Virus record (IMG/VR): IMGVR_UViG_3300009528_000013
Span: 32,001 to 96,000 of that record
Origin: a virus
Length of the DNA: 64,000 nucleotides
Reading direction: 5' to 3' (one strand)
How positions within the stretch are numbered: the first letter of the stretch is position 1; each line of letters begins with the position of its first letter. Of this stretch, positions 47,501 through 56,181 are shown piece by piece. The notes beneath the pieces were generated by a model, which searched no databases, was not told the origin of the DNA, and saw nothing but the letters and a program-made list of their open reading frames with translations. Position numbers and translations under genes: made by a program.

Positions 47501-48017
47501 TGATTTTGGGGATGATAATTGTCGGCAGGCTGCAACGAAGCTCAGTCAAGCTGCAAATGCGATTCTTAGAGTAGATCCTGATCGAGTTGCGATTGTTGAA
47601 AAGCGGGAGACTGTTCCTGGTAGTTCTTCAACGCTAGAAGATGAGTTGGTCGAGGTGAAGCCCGAAAAAACATGGAAGTTTATTTACGATGGTTGCGCGG
47701 TGAGTTGGTCTTTTCAGGAATTAAAGGGTACCGAGTCTTGGGGTTTGACAGGACGTAATCAGAGAGTTCTGAAGATCTCTAATCCACTTGTTCAGGATCG
47801 GCATTTTGCAGAGAAGTTGGCGGAGATTTACGGGAAATACTTCTTCAAGGAGCGGACTCTGCTTCCGATCACCGCGAAATATCTTCCGCATTTCGAGCGA
47901 GAAGATCTTCTGAAAATTATTTCGAAAGGAGTTGATCCAAGTAAGAGTCGAAGTATCGTCTCCTTTCGATTACGTAACTCAAACGGGCAAACAGAAATGG
48001 GGTTAGTCGAGCAATGA
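44535..48017 (+). CDS. large tail tip/hub protein
   Basis: ATGA overlap with the previous stop; ~1160 aa; C-terminal I.NPLVQ...A..LA...F and P.FE..D.L.I hub-like pattern. Confidence 0.65.
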   Translation: MSKFLRYSGIIQPIAIQDALRERTIQIESYDFLKRMEQFPAALVSEEFGAFFRIPGVDLKAYVEGPNRPATSVREFSFKFPSTKTKLKSRRGSKAEEGEAGSRGLPEVSVVNISADTTDGIKVLKYRSWGWFQWDQGPWVRKDLGDQSTIAAWDDSTIECSFAGFTQDDNIEVFLIIGQSVIKRGGIEIIFDSGNPVYLGAPFTFIIREDVGGTLYDISQSCMVQQQESETALGASTDTLYISAVEKFRGITFEFDEFLTGATLTFEYSQGSFAAWGDLSSYMTDGTSDFSQDGTITITPPFNWTKAGQKVGEDGGDDIVVERFWLKITVSAWGSGTAKIRYLTRRYLAVGQDGDAIEIGVNFEQIEETDDERVTEDVIIRPSDSDSSVFVPATWKKNLPVELLLGSGSGSDPSSSLLAASGFSASCREVEQLSYTTSKPQFSIWGIPPYPAYPGEARCLCEGEDLGSAGRVILIGIGKEVWKVTEHTGFEFVFKLRDYYSTSLSKPFDVEIRRMDYDDAYNAVFGVAWKRYNNTEYRPVTDVQADAKKGRCTPAILFRYDFDTGVLEQQVIGEPIAEWETAESRFLSGEVFHRNGTGNQNGWPWWEIGGTPQHETTGGEMIAVPEPGHYSSIMYPIFVGQINRHVSLRRATKLIETHVLYWGDQYDIERFQYGDLVAGEDEFAHGRFALTSPGFYYRVVWTGALETSTIDDVHLRFTFGQPGVVVWSPYYRSYIYHDFDSSQTLGEQNYIAEADYSASAWSLDRYFDLDTQDRQICCGALKENSGTPTAPEIIYGSMVWNDTNVSFVPQKSDAYVTRHNLRTGAGATIFHSASSSVSGTMSGQEETCTPIGLGYDPDQDVIHLTFFDRDTLRYHYAVFEDTPAGAKYSIQTGSNFSFDWYRPIKCFTFHDGKMYAVCTDDRFQIEDAFLIEITWSSPDITIRKIGVLRSGDYSAESLVWVGDILYGLSKPSGTMWSYGTSWVPRVQLADFGDDNCRQAATKLSQAANAILRVDPDRVAIVEKRETVPGSSSTLEDELVEVKPEKTWKFIYDGCAVSWSFQELKGTESWGLTGRNQRVLKISNPLVQDRHFAEKLAEIYGKYFFKERTLLPITAKYLPHFEREDLLKIISKGVDPSKSRSIVSFRLRNSNGQTEMGLVEQ

Positions 48018-48868
48018 ATCTGGTCGTAGGTGGAACGGGCCCGTGCGTCTTTTATCTTGCGAGCACGGAAGTATTTATTACAAATTGGAATTTCGAAGTC
48101 AACCTGACTGATTGGACGGGAAAGCCCGCTGCGGGCAATATCGCCCGAATCGAAGATGTTTTAACGTTCTGGGGCGAGTACTCGATGAAGGTCGATGCGA
48201 GCAGTGATCTGAATGCCTATGCCCTTACGACAGTCGAGACTTCGGCAGAGCTTTGGGGAAGGTCATTTATCCTGGAGTTTGCAATCCGCACCGATGTCGA
48301 CCGGGATATTAAAATCTTGATCAAGGACGTTGATGATTACCAAACGTTCAATCAAACATTTACTGCCGAGAGCGGGAAGTTCACACATTATTTCTATTAC
48401 TTCGTCTTTCTGCCGTTGGGCAGTCCTGTGATTGGGCCAACTGAAATTGAAGTTCGACTCTACGGAACCGATACTATGCTCGGGCTTTCGTATTTTGATA
48501 ACGTAAATCTCTATGAGGTCACGGAGAAAATAAATCTTCGAGTTCCGGAGGTTTTTGAGTCTGTTTTTGGGAAGGAGTTGGAAGCACGATTTGAACTTTT
48601 ATCGGGTCGAACTCAGGAATATCTCCGAGGATGGCGCTTCCAAGCGAGTATGGCTTACGAGTATTTGACAAAAGTAGAAGAAGAGAAGCGCACGAGGATC
48701 TCGGACAGTGACCTAATGGTCTTCCAGCCGCACGACGACAACGAGTTCATGGTGGTTTCCAGGTGGAACGGAGATTTTGCGAGAACCTATTTCGGTGATA
48801 TTTATGTGGGGCATACGGGAAGTATCAACTTAATCGGAGCGCATCTTCTAAACAAATCTCCAGTTTAG
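48014..48868 (+). CDS. virion protein with carbohydrate-binding-like domain
   Basis: NWNFE...W...; YFDNV.LYE jelly-roll end motif. Confidence 0.55.
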   Translation: MNLVVGGTGPCVFYLASTEVFITNWNFEVNLTDWTGKPAAGNIARIEDVLTFWGEYSMKVDASSDLNAYALTTVETSAELWGRSFILEFAIRTDVDRDIKILIKDVDDYQTFNQTFTAESGKFTHYFYYFVFLPLGSPVIGPTEIEVRLYGTDTMLGLSYFDNVNLYEVTEKINLRVPEVFESVFGKELEARFELLSGRTQEYLRGWRFQASMAYEYLTKVEEEKRTRISDSDLMVFQPHDDNEFMVVSRWNGDFARTYFGDIYVGHTGSINLIGAHLLNKSPV

Positions 48869-48888
48869 AAAAGAAAGGAGCAACCACA

Positions 48889-49347
48889 ATGTCGGAAGGC
48901 GAAGTTGCGAAGAGAGATGACAATCGGGTCCCCGTAGAACTTCTCCTCGACCCGGATGGAAAACCCCGGCAGCGGCGGGGATCAATTTTCGGCGGGGGAC
49001 TTACCCGGGTCGACGCAAACGAGCATTACCGGGCGTACCATATCAGCCTCGATGCGAACGTGCCCTGGGCCAATGCGGTACATATCGACGTTGGAACAGA
49101 TCTTCAGGCGAGGTACGGCGCTGATGGGCGAATCAGAGCGCAGGCAGGTTTCATTATCACGGACCAGGATATCCAGGTTCGTTTCAATGGATTGACCGAA
49201 GACGAGATTCGAATTGACGTGACGACTTGGGGCAAAATCTTTGAGCTTTCAGTAGGTGATCTCGGAGTCTACGATATTTATCTTGCGAATTACCTACCGA
49301 GCGGTGCTGCGCCGGCAGCGGCCGTTTTTATCTTTGTTTCAGGATAG
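48889..49347 (+). CDS. hypothetical phage protein
   Basis: N-terminal AKRDDNRVP motif. Confidence 0.6.
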   Translation: MSEGEVAKRDDNRVPVELLLDPDGKPRQRRGSIFGGGLTRVDANEHYRAYHISLDANVPWANAVHIDVGTDLQARYGADGRIRAQAGFIITDQDIQVRFNGLTEDEIRIDVTTWGKIFELSVGDLGVYDIYLANYLPSGAAPAAAVFIFVSG

Positions 49348-49356
49348 GAGGAACTG

Positions 49357-50325
49357 ATGCCGCGTACAAGGGATGTCCCGGATTCCAGAACTATGTCTGA
49401 AGAGATTCAACTTTTCAATGCTGGTTTCAGAACCGGAAAAGGAAAGCAGTCCGCAGTTCTGGTGAAACGATTTCGGGGTCTTGGCGATGTCTTGCAGGTT
49501 TTACCTGCTTTGAAGGCATTGAAGGGAAAGTACGGACCGAAGACGAAACTGGTCTTCGGGACTTCACCAATCTTCTTTCCGTTGCTTCGACGATTCGATT
49601 TCATCGACCGTTTGGTGAATGAAAAGCAGGCCGAGGTGAAAGGACGATACGACCTGGTAGTCGATCTCCAGAACAAAGTTGATTTTCTTCCAATCTGCTG
49701 CGAAGCACCGAGGCAAGATCTCTTTGCGAGATTACTGGAGCTAAATCCTCAATGTTACTGTCCGCGGTTCGACTTTCCGATTTTGAAGAGCGAAATTGTA
49801 AAGGCAAGAACAATTCTGCAAAGGGCAGGTTGGCGAGGTGAAAAGTTGTTCGGTTTACACCTGATGGCATATTCCGCTATTCGAACCTGGCCCGTGGAAC
49901 GCAATCTTGAATTGGTTGAGCGGTTATCGGACCGAGAGGGATGGAAGATTTTGATTTTGGAGAGTCATGCAGTCCGAGAGCAATTTCGGAAATTCGATCA
50001 CGTAATTGTGCCTGACAAGACCGCCTTGATCGATCTGTTGGGGTTGCTCTCGTTTTGTGAGTATCTCGTTTGTCCAGATTCGGGCATTATGCACCTGGCA
50101 GGCCTTCTCCAAATTCCTTCGGTCGCCTTATTCGGACCGATCCCACCGGAGTTTCGGATCGGGTACTATCCCAAAACTACCGGTCTCAGTTTAAGAGTTG
50201 ACTGCAATCCATGTTGGGACTGGCAGACGCATGCTTGTCATAAGCGGCCTCATTATCGCCAGTGTCTCAAGAAGATCACCGTTGAAATGGTGATTAACAC
50301 ATTGGAGGATATTGGATGTTTCTGA
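49357..50325 (+). CDS. GT9 (heptosyltransferase-like) glycosyltransferase
   Basis: RGLGDVL...P.L..LK, R.WP, DSG.MHLA, VALFGP. Confidence 0.9.
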   Translation: MPRTRDVPDSRTMSEEIQLFNAGFRTGKGKQSAVLVKRFRGLGDVLQVLPALKALKGKYGPKTKLVFGTSPIFFPLLRRFDFIDRLVNEKQAEVKGRYDLVVDLQNKVDFLPICCEAPRQDLFARLLELNPQCYCPRFDFPILKSEIVKARTILQRAGWRGEKLFGLHLMAYSAIRTWPVERNLELVERLSDREGWKILILESHAVREQFRKFDHVIVPDKTALIDLLGLLSFCEYLVCPDSGIMHLAGLLQIPSVALFGPIPPEFRIGYYPKTTGLSLRVDCNPCWDWQTHACHKRPHYRQCLKKITVEMVINTLEDIGCF

Positions 50326-51311
50326 CAGCTCGAGTACTGTTCCTGAACGAAGAGGACTATATCTGGTACGTTCTAAAGTCGATGTACGATGCTGTCGATG
50401 CAATTGTGATCGTCGAAGGATGTATCGGAGAGTACGGAAGGATTGAGGGTTTTTATTCCAAATCCGGACTCTCGATAGATCGTAGCTCCGAGGAGATTGA
50501 ACGATTCATCGCCAACGACGATCCGGATGGAAAGGTTTGGAATTACAAATACGGTTTTGCGAAAAACTACGCGGAATTGGCAAACCATGCAGTGGATCTT
50601 TTTCCACGAGAGACCACTCATTTCCTCAACGTAGATGCGGATGAATGTTACAAGGCGTTGGACATTTTGCGAGTTCGGCAGATGTTCTCGGATCATCCGA
50701 GATTGTGTGGCGTTGCTGTGGATCGGATCCATTTTTATCTGGACTTCTGGACTCGCCGGATTTCAAAGAAAATGGGCAAATTGGAACCGACTGGCGGAAC
50801 GATGTTCAGAAAGTTCTATCCAGGAGAGTACTATCCCGAGAAAAGCGCTGAACACAATCCTTACTTCGAGGGCGAACCTCTGATAAATTGGTGGCTACCT
50901 TGGATTGCTCAAGATGACATCGAAACAGGAATCAAAGATGCACAGGAACAAGGGCTCGATGGAATTACATTGCGAAAGCGGGTAATTCCACAGTATCATT
51001 ACGGGTGGGTTCGGAAACGTGAAAAGATGATCGAGCGGGTTCTTCAGACGTATCGCAGATCTGATGCGTATTCCGGGCTGAATGTTCGGGCTGAATCTTC
51101 GGATCAGGAGCTAACCGAGTTCATCGAAACGTATAATCCGATCTGGACGGGGATCTTGCCCGATGAAGATGTTCTTCAAAAATTTCCTCCATCGAAGGTC
51201 AATCGGATCCGATGCGACCAAATCTTGTGGGAGGCAGTGGGAGAGCATCCGCTTCCAATGAAAGATCATCCCTTCTTCGGCATGCAGAGGAGGGACTTCG
51301 GATGGCTTTGA
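50316..51311 (+). CDS. GT2-like glycosyltransferase, paralog 1
   Basis: NEEDYI...LKS.YD.VD.IVIVEG, VDADE, HYGWV. Confidence 0.8.
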   Translation: MFLTARVLFLNEEDYIWYVLKSMYDAVDAIVIVEGCIGEYGRIEGFYSKSGLSIDRSSEEIERFIANDDPDGKVWNYKYGFAKNYAELANHAVDLFPRETTHFLNVDADECYKALDILRVRQMFSDHPRLCGVAVDRIHFYLDFWTRRISKKMGKLEPTGGTMFRKFYPGEYYPEKSAEHNPYFEGEPLINWWLPWIAQDDIETGIKDAQEQGLDGITLRKRVIPQYHYGWVRKREKMIERVLQTYRRSDAYSGLNVRAESSDQELTEFIETYNPIWTGILPDEDVLQKFPPSKVNRIRCDQILWEAVGEHPLPMKDHPFFGMQRRDFGWL

Positions 51312-52303
51312 AACTTACAGCATTGATGATTGTAATAAATGAAGAGGATTGGGTCTGGTGGTCGCTGAGATCGATCTACGATGTAGTGGATCATATCGTC
51401 ATAGTGGAAGGTGTGGCTAAAGATAAATGGAAGGAATTTGGTTCTTTCGATCGGTTTGGATTGTCACTTGATAATACGGAGGGAGAGATTGAGAGGTTTA
51501 TCGAAGAATACGATTCGGAAGGTAAGATTAAGTATATCCAGGCTGGATTCCAGCCGACGATTGGAACGCTGAGAGAGCTTGCTTTACGGGAGTGCCCGAA
51601 GGATACGGATTATATTTTAGTGGCAGATGCGGATCATCTGTATGATGAGTCGCAACTTCAGCAGGTTAAGAGTCTCTGTGAACAGTATCCAAACATTCGA
51701 GTCGTCTATTCCGATCAATTGATCTTCTTTCTGGATATGCACCATGTTCTCCAGATCAATGAAGAATACAAGCGGCCGTATGGTCATCATTTGGCGTGTC
51801 TCTTCTACCGATACGATGAGCGATTGAGATATAAGGGGGAGATTTCTTTTTTCGATAACCAGTTTGAACCGGAGGGCTGGTTGCATCCGATCCTCGAGGT
51901 TCGCCCCGATCAGTTGGAAGGAACGAAAGATGATGTCGCAGTATATCCGCCGATGTTTCAGTTCTGGCATTTTGGATGGGTTGGGCGTAGAATGGCGATA
52001 GAGGCGCATCTGCTGAAGACGACTTGGTCGAGAGTGCTCAGGTTGCAATGGCTTCTGAAACACGATCCAGAGAAAGTCACGGATACGGACCGAAACTATT
52101 GGATGCCATTTATAGATATGAGTGCCGAGGAGATCTTGGATTATCACCGATTGTATCACAAGATCTGGACAGGTATTTTCGATGACAAAGTTGGAGAGCG
52201 AGTTGTTCCGTATTTAGGTAAGTATCCGATGGATCAGATGCTTCGCAGTCATCCATTTTTTGGAAAGAGTAAGCATTGGTTTGGACTGGAAGAAGGACTA
52301 TAA
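51302..52303 (+). CDS. GT2-like glycosyltransferase, paralog 2
   Basis: NEEDWV..SLRSIYDVVD.IVIVEG, ADAD, HFGWV. Confidence 0.8.
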   Translation: MALKLTALMIVINEEDWVWWSLRSIYDVVDHIVIVEGVAKDKWKEFGSFDRFGLSLDNTEGEIERFIEEYDSEGKIKYIQAGFQPTIGTLRELALRECPKDTDYILVADADHLYDESQLQQVKSLCEQYPNIRVVYSDQLIFFLDMHHVLQINEEYKRPYGHHLACLFYRYDERLRYKGEISFFDNQFEPEGWLHPILEVRPDQLEGTKDDVAVYPPMFQFWHFGWVGRRMAIEAHLLKTTWSRVLRLQWLLKHDPEKVTDTDRNYWMPFIDMSAEEILDYHRLYHKIWTGIFDDKVGERVVPYLGKYPMDQMLRSHPFFGKSKHWFGLEEGL

Positions 52304-52309
52304 AGGAAA

Positions 52310-52419
52310 GTTTAAGAGCGCTATCCATCAAAATAAGGATTGAAATAAGAGTTCGTATCCCGCTGTCGATTACATCGCAGTAGTTTAAGAACGCTATCCA
52401 TTAAAACAAGGATTGAAAC
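52310..52419 (+). CRISPR. mini-CRISPR array (37-bp repeat, 36-bp spacer, 37-bp repeat), no cas genes
   Basis: GTTTAAGAGCGCTATCCATCAAAATAAGGATTGAAAT / AAGAGTTCGTATCCCGCTGTCGATTACATCGCAGTA / GTTTAAGAACGCTATCCATTAAAACAAGGATTGAAAC; ends in the ATTGAAAC handle of Cas6-processed repeats. Confidence 0.9.
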
Positions 52420-52451
52420 ATCGTTCACTGGCAGCATCAGGAGATGATATA

Positions 52452-53447
52452 GTGAAAATTGGTTGTCACATGCTTACTCTCAATGACCAGCCTTATGTTT
52501 ACTGGGCCTTAAAATCATCATATCCGGCAGTCGATTACATCGCCGTTGTTGAGGGTGCGATCACGCACGATGTTTTCCATAATAAGTACGACCACGTTCC
52601 TGCAACAAGTGAGGGGCTATCGTTGGATAATACTGGCGAGGAAGTCCAAAGGTTCATTGCCAATGACGATCCCGAAGGGAAGGTGCATTATGAACAAGTT
52701 GGCTTTGTGCACAGTTGGGAGGATCTTCGGAACAAAGCGCACTCGATGTTGCCCGAGGATACCGACATCGAACTCATTCAGGATGGGGATTGTCTCTTTA
52801 AGCCAAGAAATATTCTGAAGGCAAAAAAAGTCTTAAAGACATATCCCCAAGTTTATGAAGTGGCGGAATACTGTTGGTCATTTATCTGGGACTTCCGGCA
52901 CGTCCTACATACTGGAATAGAACGAAAGGATTATTGGCGTTGGTGTTTTTTCAGGTATAACCCGACGATGTATTTTGAAAGAGAACGAACAATTTGGTTC
53001 GGTGACGGGAGTACCAGTGAACGAACCAAGATTGACTGGATTGATTTTTTGCGTCTTCGTGAATATGAGTACGGAGATCAGAAATACATTGTTTACAGTC
53101 CCGACTTGCTGGACGTATTCCACTTTGGAAATGTCCAGTTGAAGGAGCGAATGGAAGTTCAGCTCATGCGGAAGTTTTTCGCTCCACAGACGATGGAGAA
53201 GAACCGTCTCGTACTTCCTGATCGGCGACGGGAGACGCTGATGGACTGGCTGAGGATGTACCACAAATTCTATACCAAGGTCTTAGATACCGATGTTGAA
53301 CATGTGGATGAGTTCAAGGGATCGTATCCTCTCGATGGGCTGATTCAGAAACATCCTTATTTCGATAAACCGGAAGAGTGGTTCAGACACGAGGACCCCG
53401 AGGGTGATCAGAGGTCTCCTTTCTACGATTTGAAATGGTGGGACTGA
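52452..53447 (+). CDS. GT2-like glycosyltransferase, paralog 3 (carries the recoded protospacer)
   Basis: GTG after AGGAG aligns with the paralog N-termini; QDGD, HFGNV. Confidence 0.8.
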   Translation: MKIGCHMLTLNDQPYVYWALKSSYPAVDYIAVVEGAITHDVFHNKYDHVPATSEGLSLDNTGEEVQRFIANDDPEGKVHYEQVGFVHSWEDLRNKAHSMLPEDTDIELIQDGDCLFKPRNILKAKKVLKTYPQVYEVAEYCWSFIWDFRHVLHTGIERKDYWRWCFFRYNPTMYFERERTIWFGDGSTSERTKIDWIDFLRLREYEYGDQKYIVYSPDLLDVFHFGNVQLKERMEVQLMRKFFAPQTMEKNRLVLPDRRRETLMDWLRMYHKFYTKVLDTDVEHVDEFKGSYPLDGLIQKHPYFDKPEEWFRHEDPEGDQRSPFYDLKWWD

Positions 53448-53467
53448 ATTGTTGAAGAGGTACCCGC

Positions 53468-53674
53468 ATGTCGAAAGATCTGGGAGTAAGTGATCGAGCG
53501 AAGTCGATATTAGATATTCAAAAGAAAGTCTTGCGGGACTTGAATCGTTTAAGTAAACTGGTCGAAGTATTAAGCGAAGAGGAGCTTCAAGAAGTCGAAA
53601 CTGAAATGCAGGAATTTCTTCGAGAGGCGCAAGTAAGACTCTGGTCACTGCAAGGAAAGCTCTGGGGTATATAA
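53468..53674 (+). CDS. small coiled-coil protein
   Basis: ORF track; GAGG RBS. Confidence 0.55.
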   Translation: MSKDLGVSDRAKSILDIQKKVLRDLNRLSKLVEVLSEEELQEVETEMQEFLREAQVRLWSLQGKLWGI

Positions 53675-53680
53675 TTTTAA

Positions 53681-54184
53681 ATGAGGCTTAAACTGGACAT
53701 CGGAGGAGGCGCACGGCGGAATGAGTGGGTTGTAATCGATCTTGACCGATCGCTCCGACCCGATGTCGTAGCCGATGCGCAATTTCTTCCATTTCAGGAT
53801 ACAGTTGCCGATGAACTCTGGGCGTCCCATATTCTGGAGCATTTTCGTCAGGAGTCTTCGATTGTTATCCTTCAAGAGTGGAATCGTGTACTGAAGGCAG
53901 AAGGCAAAATTACGGTCTATGTTCCCAATGCTCTTGAGGCCTTCCATCGTTGGACTCATGGAGAATGTGAGTACGAGTGGCTTAACATAGTGATTTTTGG
54001 ATATGATCCCGATGCCAGTCCCTTTATGGCGCACAAATGTATGTTCTGGCGAGGGTCCCTAAGAAATTTGTTGAATCGAGCAGATTTTGTATCTCTCGAA
54101 TATCTCGTAGCGCGAGGCGAAGCAAGGGGAACGTGGGAAGAATTCGGATACAGAGGAGTTAAGAGCAGAGAAAGGACATACTGA
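53681..54184 (+). CDS. class I SAM methyltransferase
   Basis: KLDIGGG, LPF.D...DE..ASHILEH, RVLK.EG. Confidence 0.85.
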   Translation: MRLKLDIGGGARRNEWVVIDLDRSLRPDVVADAQFLPFQDTVADELWASHILEHFRQESSIVILQEWNRVLKAEGKITVYVPNALEAFHRWTHGECEYEWLNIVIFGYDPDASPFMAHKCMFWRGSLRNLLNRADFVSLEYLVARGEARGTWEEFGYRGVKSRERTY

Positions 54185-54185
54185 A

Positions 54186-54815
54186 ATGGTTCAGCGAATA
54201 CTGGCGCTGAGTCCACATACCGACGATTGCGAATTCGGTTGTGGTGGTAGTCTGGCTCGATTTCTCGCTGAAGATAAAGAAGTCTTCTATGTGGCTTTCT
54301 CATCTGCCGAGAAATCTGTTCCACCCGAGTTGCCAAAAGGGATTCTCCGAGAGGAAGTTAAAAAGGCAACCGCTGCGCTTGGGATTACAAGAGAGAATCT
54401 GATTCTTTTCGATTACGAAGTCCGGGATTTCCCTGCTCATCGTCAAAGTATTCTCGAAGATATGATCGAACTGAGAGACGTAATCGAACCGGATTTGGTC
54501 TTTCTGCCCTCGGCAGATGATACACATCAGGATCATCAGGTTATTGCAGCCGAAGGATTCCGCGCCTTCAAGAAATCAACTCTTCTTGGATACGAAATTC
54601 CCTGGAACAACTTATCCTTCAGGACAGAATGTTTCATCTTTCTGGAGGAGCAATTCATCGAGTTGAAGATCCGAGCGTTGAAATGCTACTTCTCACAGTT
54701 GGGAAGGGATTACATCAATGAAGATTTTATCCGGAGTCTCGTTCGCGCACGAGGTGGTCAGATCGGGACTCAATACGCGGAGGCCTTCAATGCAATTCAC
54801 TGGATTATCCGATAG
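54186..54815 (+). CDS. PIG-L/LmbE family deacetylase
   Basis: LSPHTDD.E.GCGG, D.HQDH, SQ. Confidence 0.9.
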   Translation: MVQRILALSPHTDDCEFGCGGSLARFLAEDKEVFYVAFSSAEKSVPPELPKGILREEVKKATAALGITRENLILFDYEVRDFPAHRQSILEDMIELRDVIEPDLVFLPSADDTHQDHQVIAAEGFRAFKKSTLLGYEIPWNNLSFRTECFIFLEEQFIELKIRALKCYFSQLGRDYINEDFIRSLVRARGGQIGTQYAEAFNAIHWIIR

Positions 54816-54819
54816 AAAT

Positions 54820-55449
54820 TTGAAGTACTATACAGACCGGTTCAGGAAACTTGGTGATTCTCCAGAGACTTTCTGGAATAGCCAGGAGTCGCAAGAGGTA
54901 AGATTCCGAGCGCTGACTCGGATCGGAGATCTCGATACTAGATCGATTTTGGACGTTGGATGTGGAACGGGAGATTTTCTCAAATTTCTGATCGAAGAAG
55001 AGTATCAGATCGCTCGGTACTTGGGTTGCGATCTCGTTGAAGCGGCGATTCAAATTGCCCGAAAGAAACACCCATGCCATAGCTTTTTGATATTCGACGT
55101 GCGCGGGCTGAATTTCGATGACCAATTTGATTTCGTCTTTGGATCGGGATTGTTTGCCTTAGATGAAAAAGACTGGCATGCTAGGGTGATTGAGATTGTG
55201 ACAAAGATGTACGCCCTCTGTCGGATTGGGGTCGGGGTAAATTTTCTGAGCAAGTTCGGGCTGGGCCGGGACCTCGATTCCTTTTATTCGGATCCAGGCG
55301 AGATATTCACACTTCTTACAAAAGAGATTTCTCCGCGAGGGGCCTTTTTAGATCACACCTACAAAGAAAATGACTTCACGATCTTTCTTTATCGGCCGGA
55401 TTTCACCAAGTATCCCCAAGCTCTTGAAACCAATCGAAGAAGGTCCTGA
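54820..55449 (+). CDS. class I SAM methyltransferase
   Basis: S.ESQ..RF, SILDVGCG.GD, FDFV.GSG.F; start moved to TTG to avoid overlap. Confidence 0.85.
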   Translation: MKYYTDRFRKLGDSPETFWNSQESQEVRFRALTRIGDLDTRSILDVGCGTGDFLKFLIEEEYQIARYLGCDLVEAAIQIARKKHPCHSFLIFDVRGLNFDDQFDFVFGSGLFALDEKDWHARVIEIVTKMYALCRIGVGVNFLSKFGLGRDLDSFYSDPGEIFTLLTKEISPRGAFLDHTYKENDFTIFLYRPDFTKYPQALETNRRRS

Positions 55450-55461
55450 GAGGAGGTACTG

Positions 55462-56181
55462 ATGAGTTGCACCGTCGCCATACACCAGCCCAACTTTGCT
55501 CCCTGGCTCGGCTATTTTTACAAGATGGCACACTGCGATATCTTCGTCTTTCTGGACGATGTTCCATTTTCAAAGGGTAGCTTCACCAATCGTTGCAGCA
55601 TCTGGACGCCGAGGGGACCCCAATGGCTCACCGTTCCCATTCGGACGAAGGGGCGCTCCGGGCAGAAGATTCAGAGTGTCGAGATAGTGAATACTCCGTG
55701 GCGACCGAAAATGGTGCGGACGCTTCAGCAGAATTATGGCAAGGCGGAGTACTTTGAGCGTTGGTTTCCGGTCATCGAGTGCGTACTACGAAGGCCTTAC
55801 GAAAAGCTCTGTGATCTGAACATAGAGTTGATTCAGGTTCTTGCGAGAGTGTTCGGAATCGGATCTGAGTTCATCCTTGCTTCCGATTTGAAAGTTCAAG
55901 CGACGAAAGAGAACAGGATCATTGAAATCTTGAGAGCTGTCGGAGGCAGTGAATATCTCTCGGGTAACGGAGCGAGGAGTTATCAAATCGCTGAGAATTT
56001 CGAGGATTCCGGATTTCGCCTGACGTATTCGAGCTTTCAACAATTCGAGTACCCTCAACTCGGAAATGAGTTCATCCCCGGGTTGTCCATTCTTGATCTA
56101 TTTTTTAATTGTGGTACAGACAGCATCCGGTATCTCAAAAGAGGGACAAATGAAGCTCACAGTTCAGATGGTGGTGATTAA
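55462..56181 (+). CDS. WbqC-like protein
   Basis: IHQPNF.PW.GYF.K...D.FV.LDDV, WLTVP, YLSG.G, Y.Q....F.P.LSILD..FN.G. Confidence 0.9.
   Translation: MSCTVAIHQPNFAPWLGYFYKMAHCDIFVFLDDVPFSKGSFTNRCSIWTPRGPQWLTVPIRTKGRSGQKIQSVEIVNTPWRPKMVRTLQQNYGKAEYFERWFPVIECVLRRPYEKLCDLNIELIQVLARVFGIGSEFILASDLKVQATKENRIIEILRAVGGSEYLSGNGARSYQIAENFEDSGFRLTYSSFQQFEYPQLGNEFIPGLSILDLFFNCGTDSIRYLKRGTNEAHSSDGGD

Noticed and set aside
52310-52419. Archaeal host, suggested by GGAGGTGA RBS and a repeat resembling methanogen repeats
   Set aside because: That repeat type also occurs in bacteria and the TTGACA-17-TATNNT promoters favour a bacterial host; host left unresolved
52420-52451. Possible second spacer after repeat 2 (reads IVHWQHQEMI)
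   Set aside because: No third repeat and no match found in the window; it contains the RBS of the next gene
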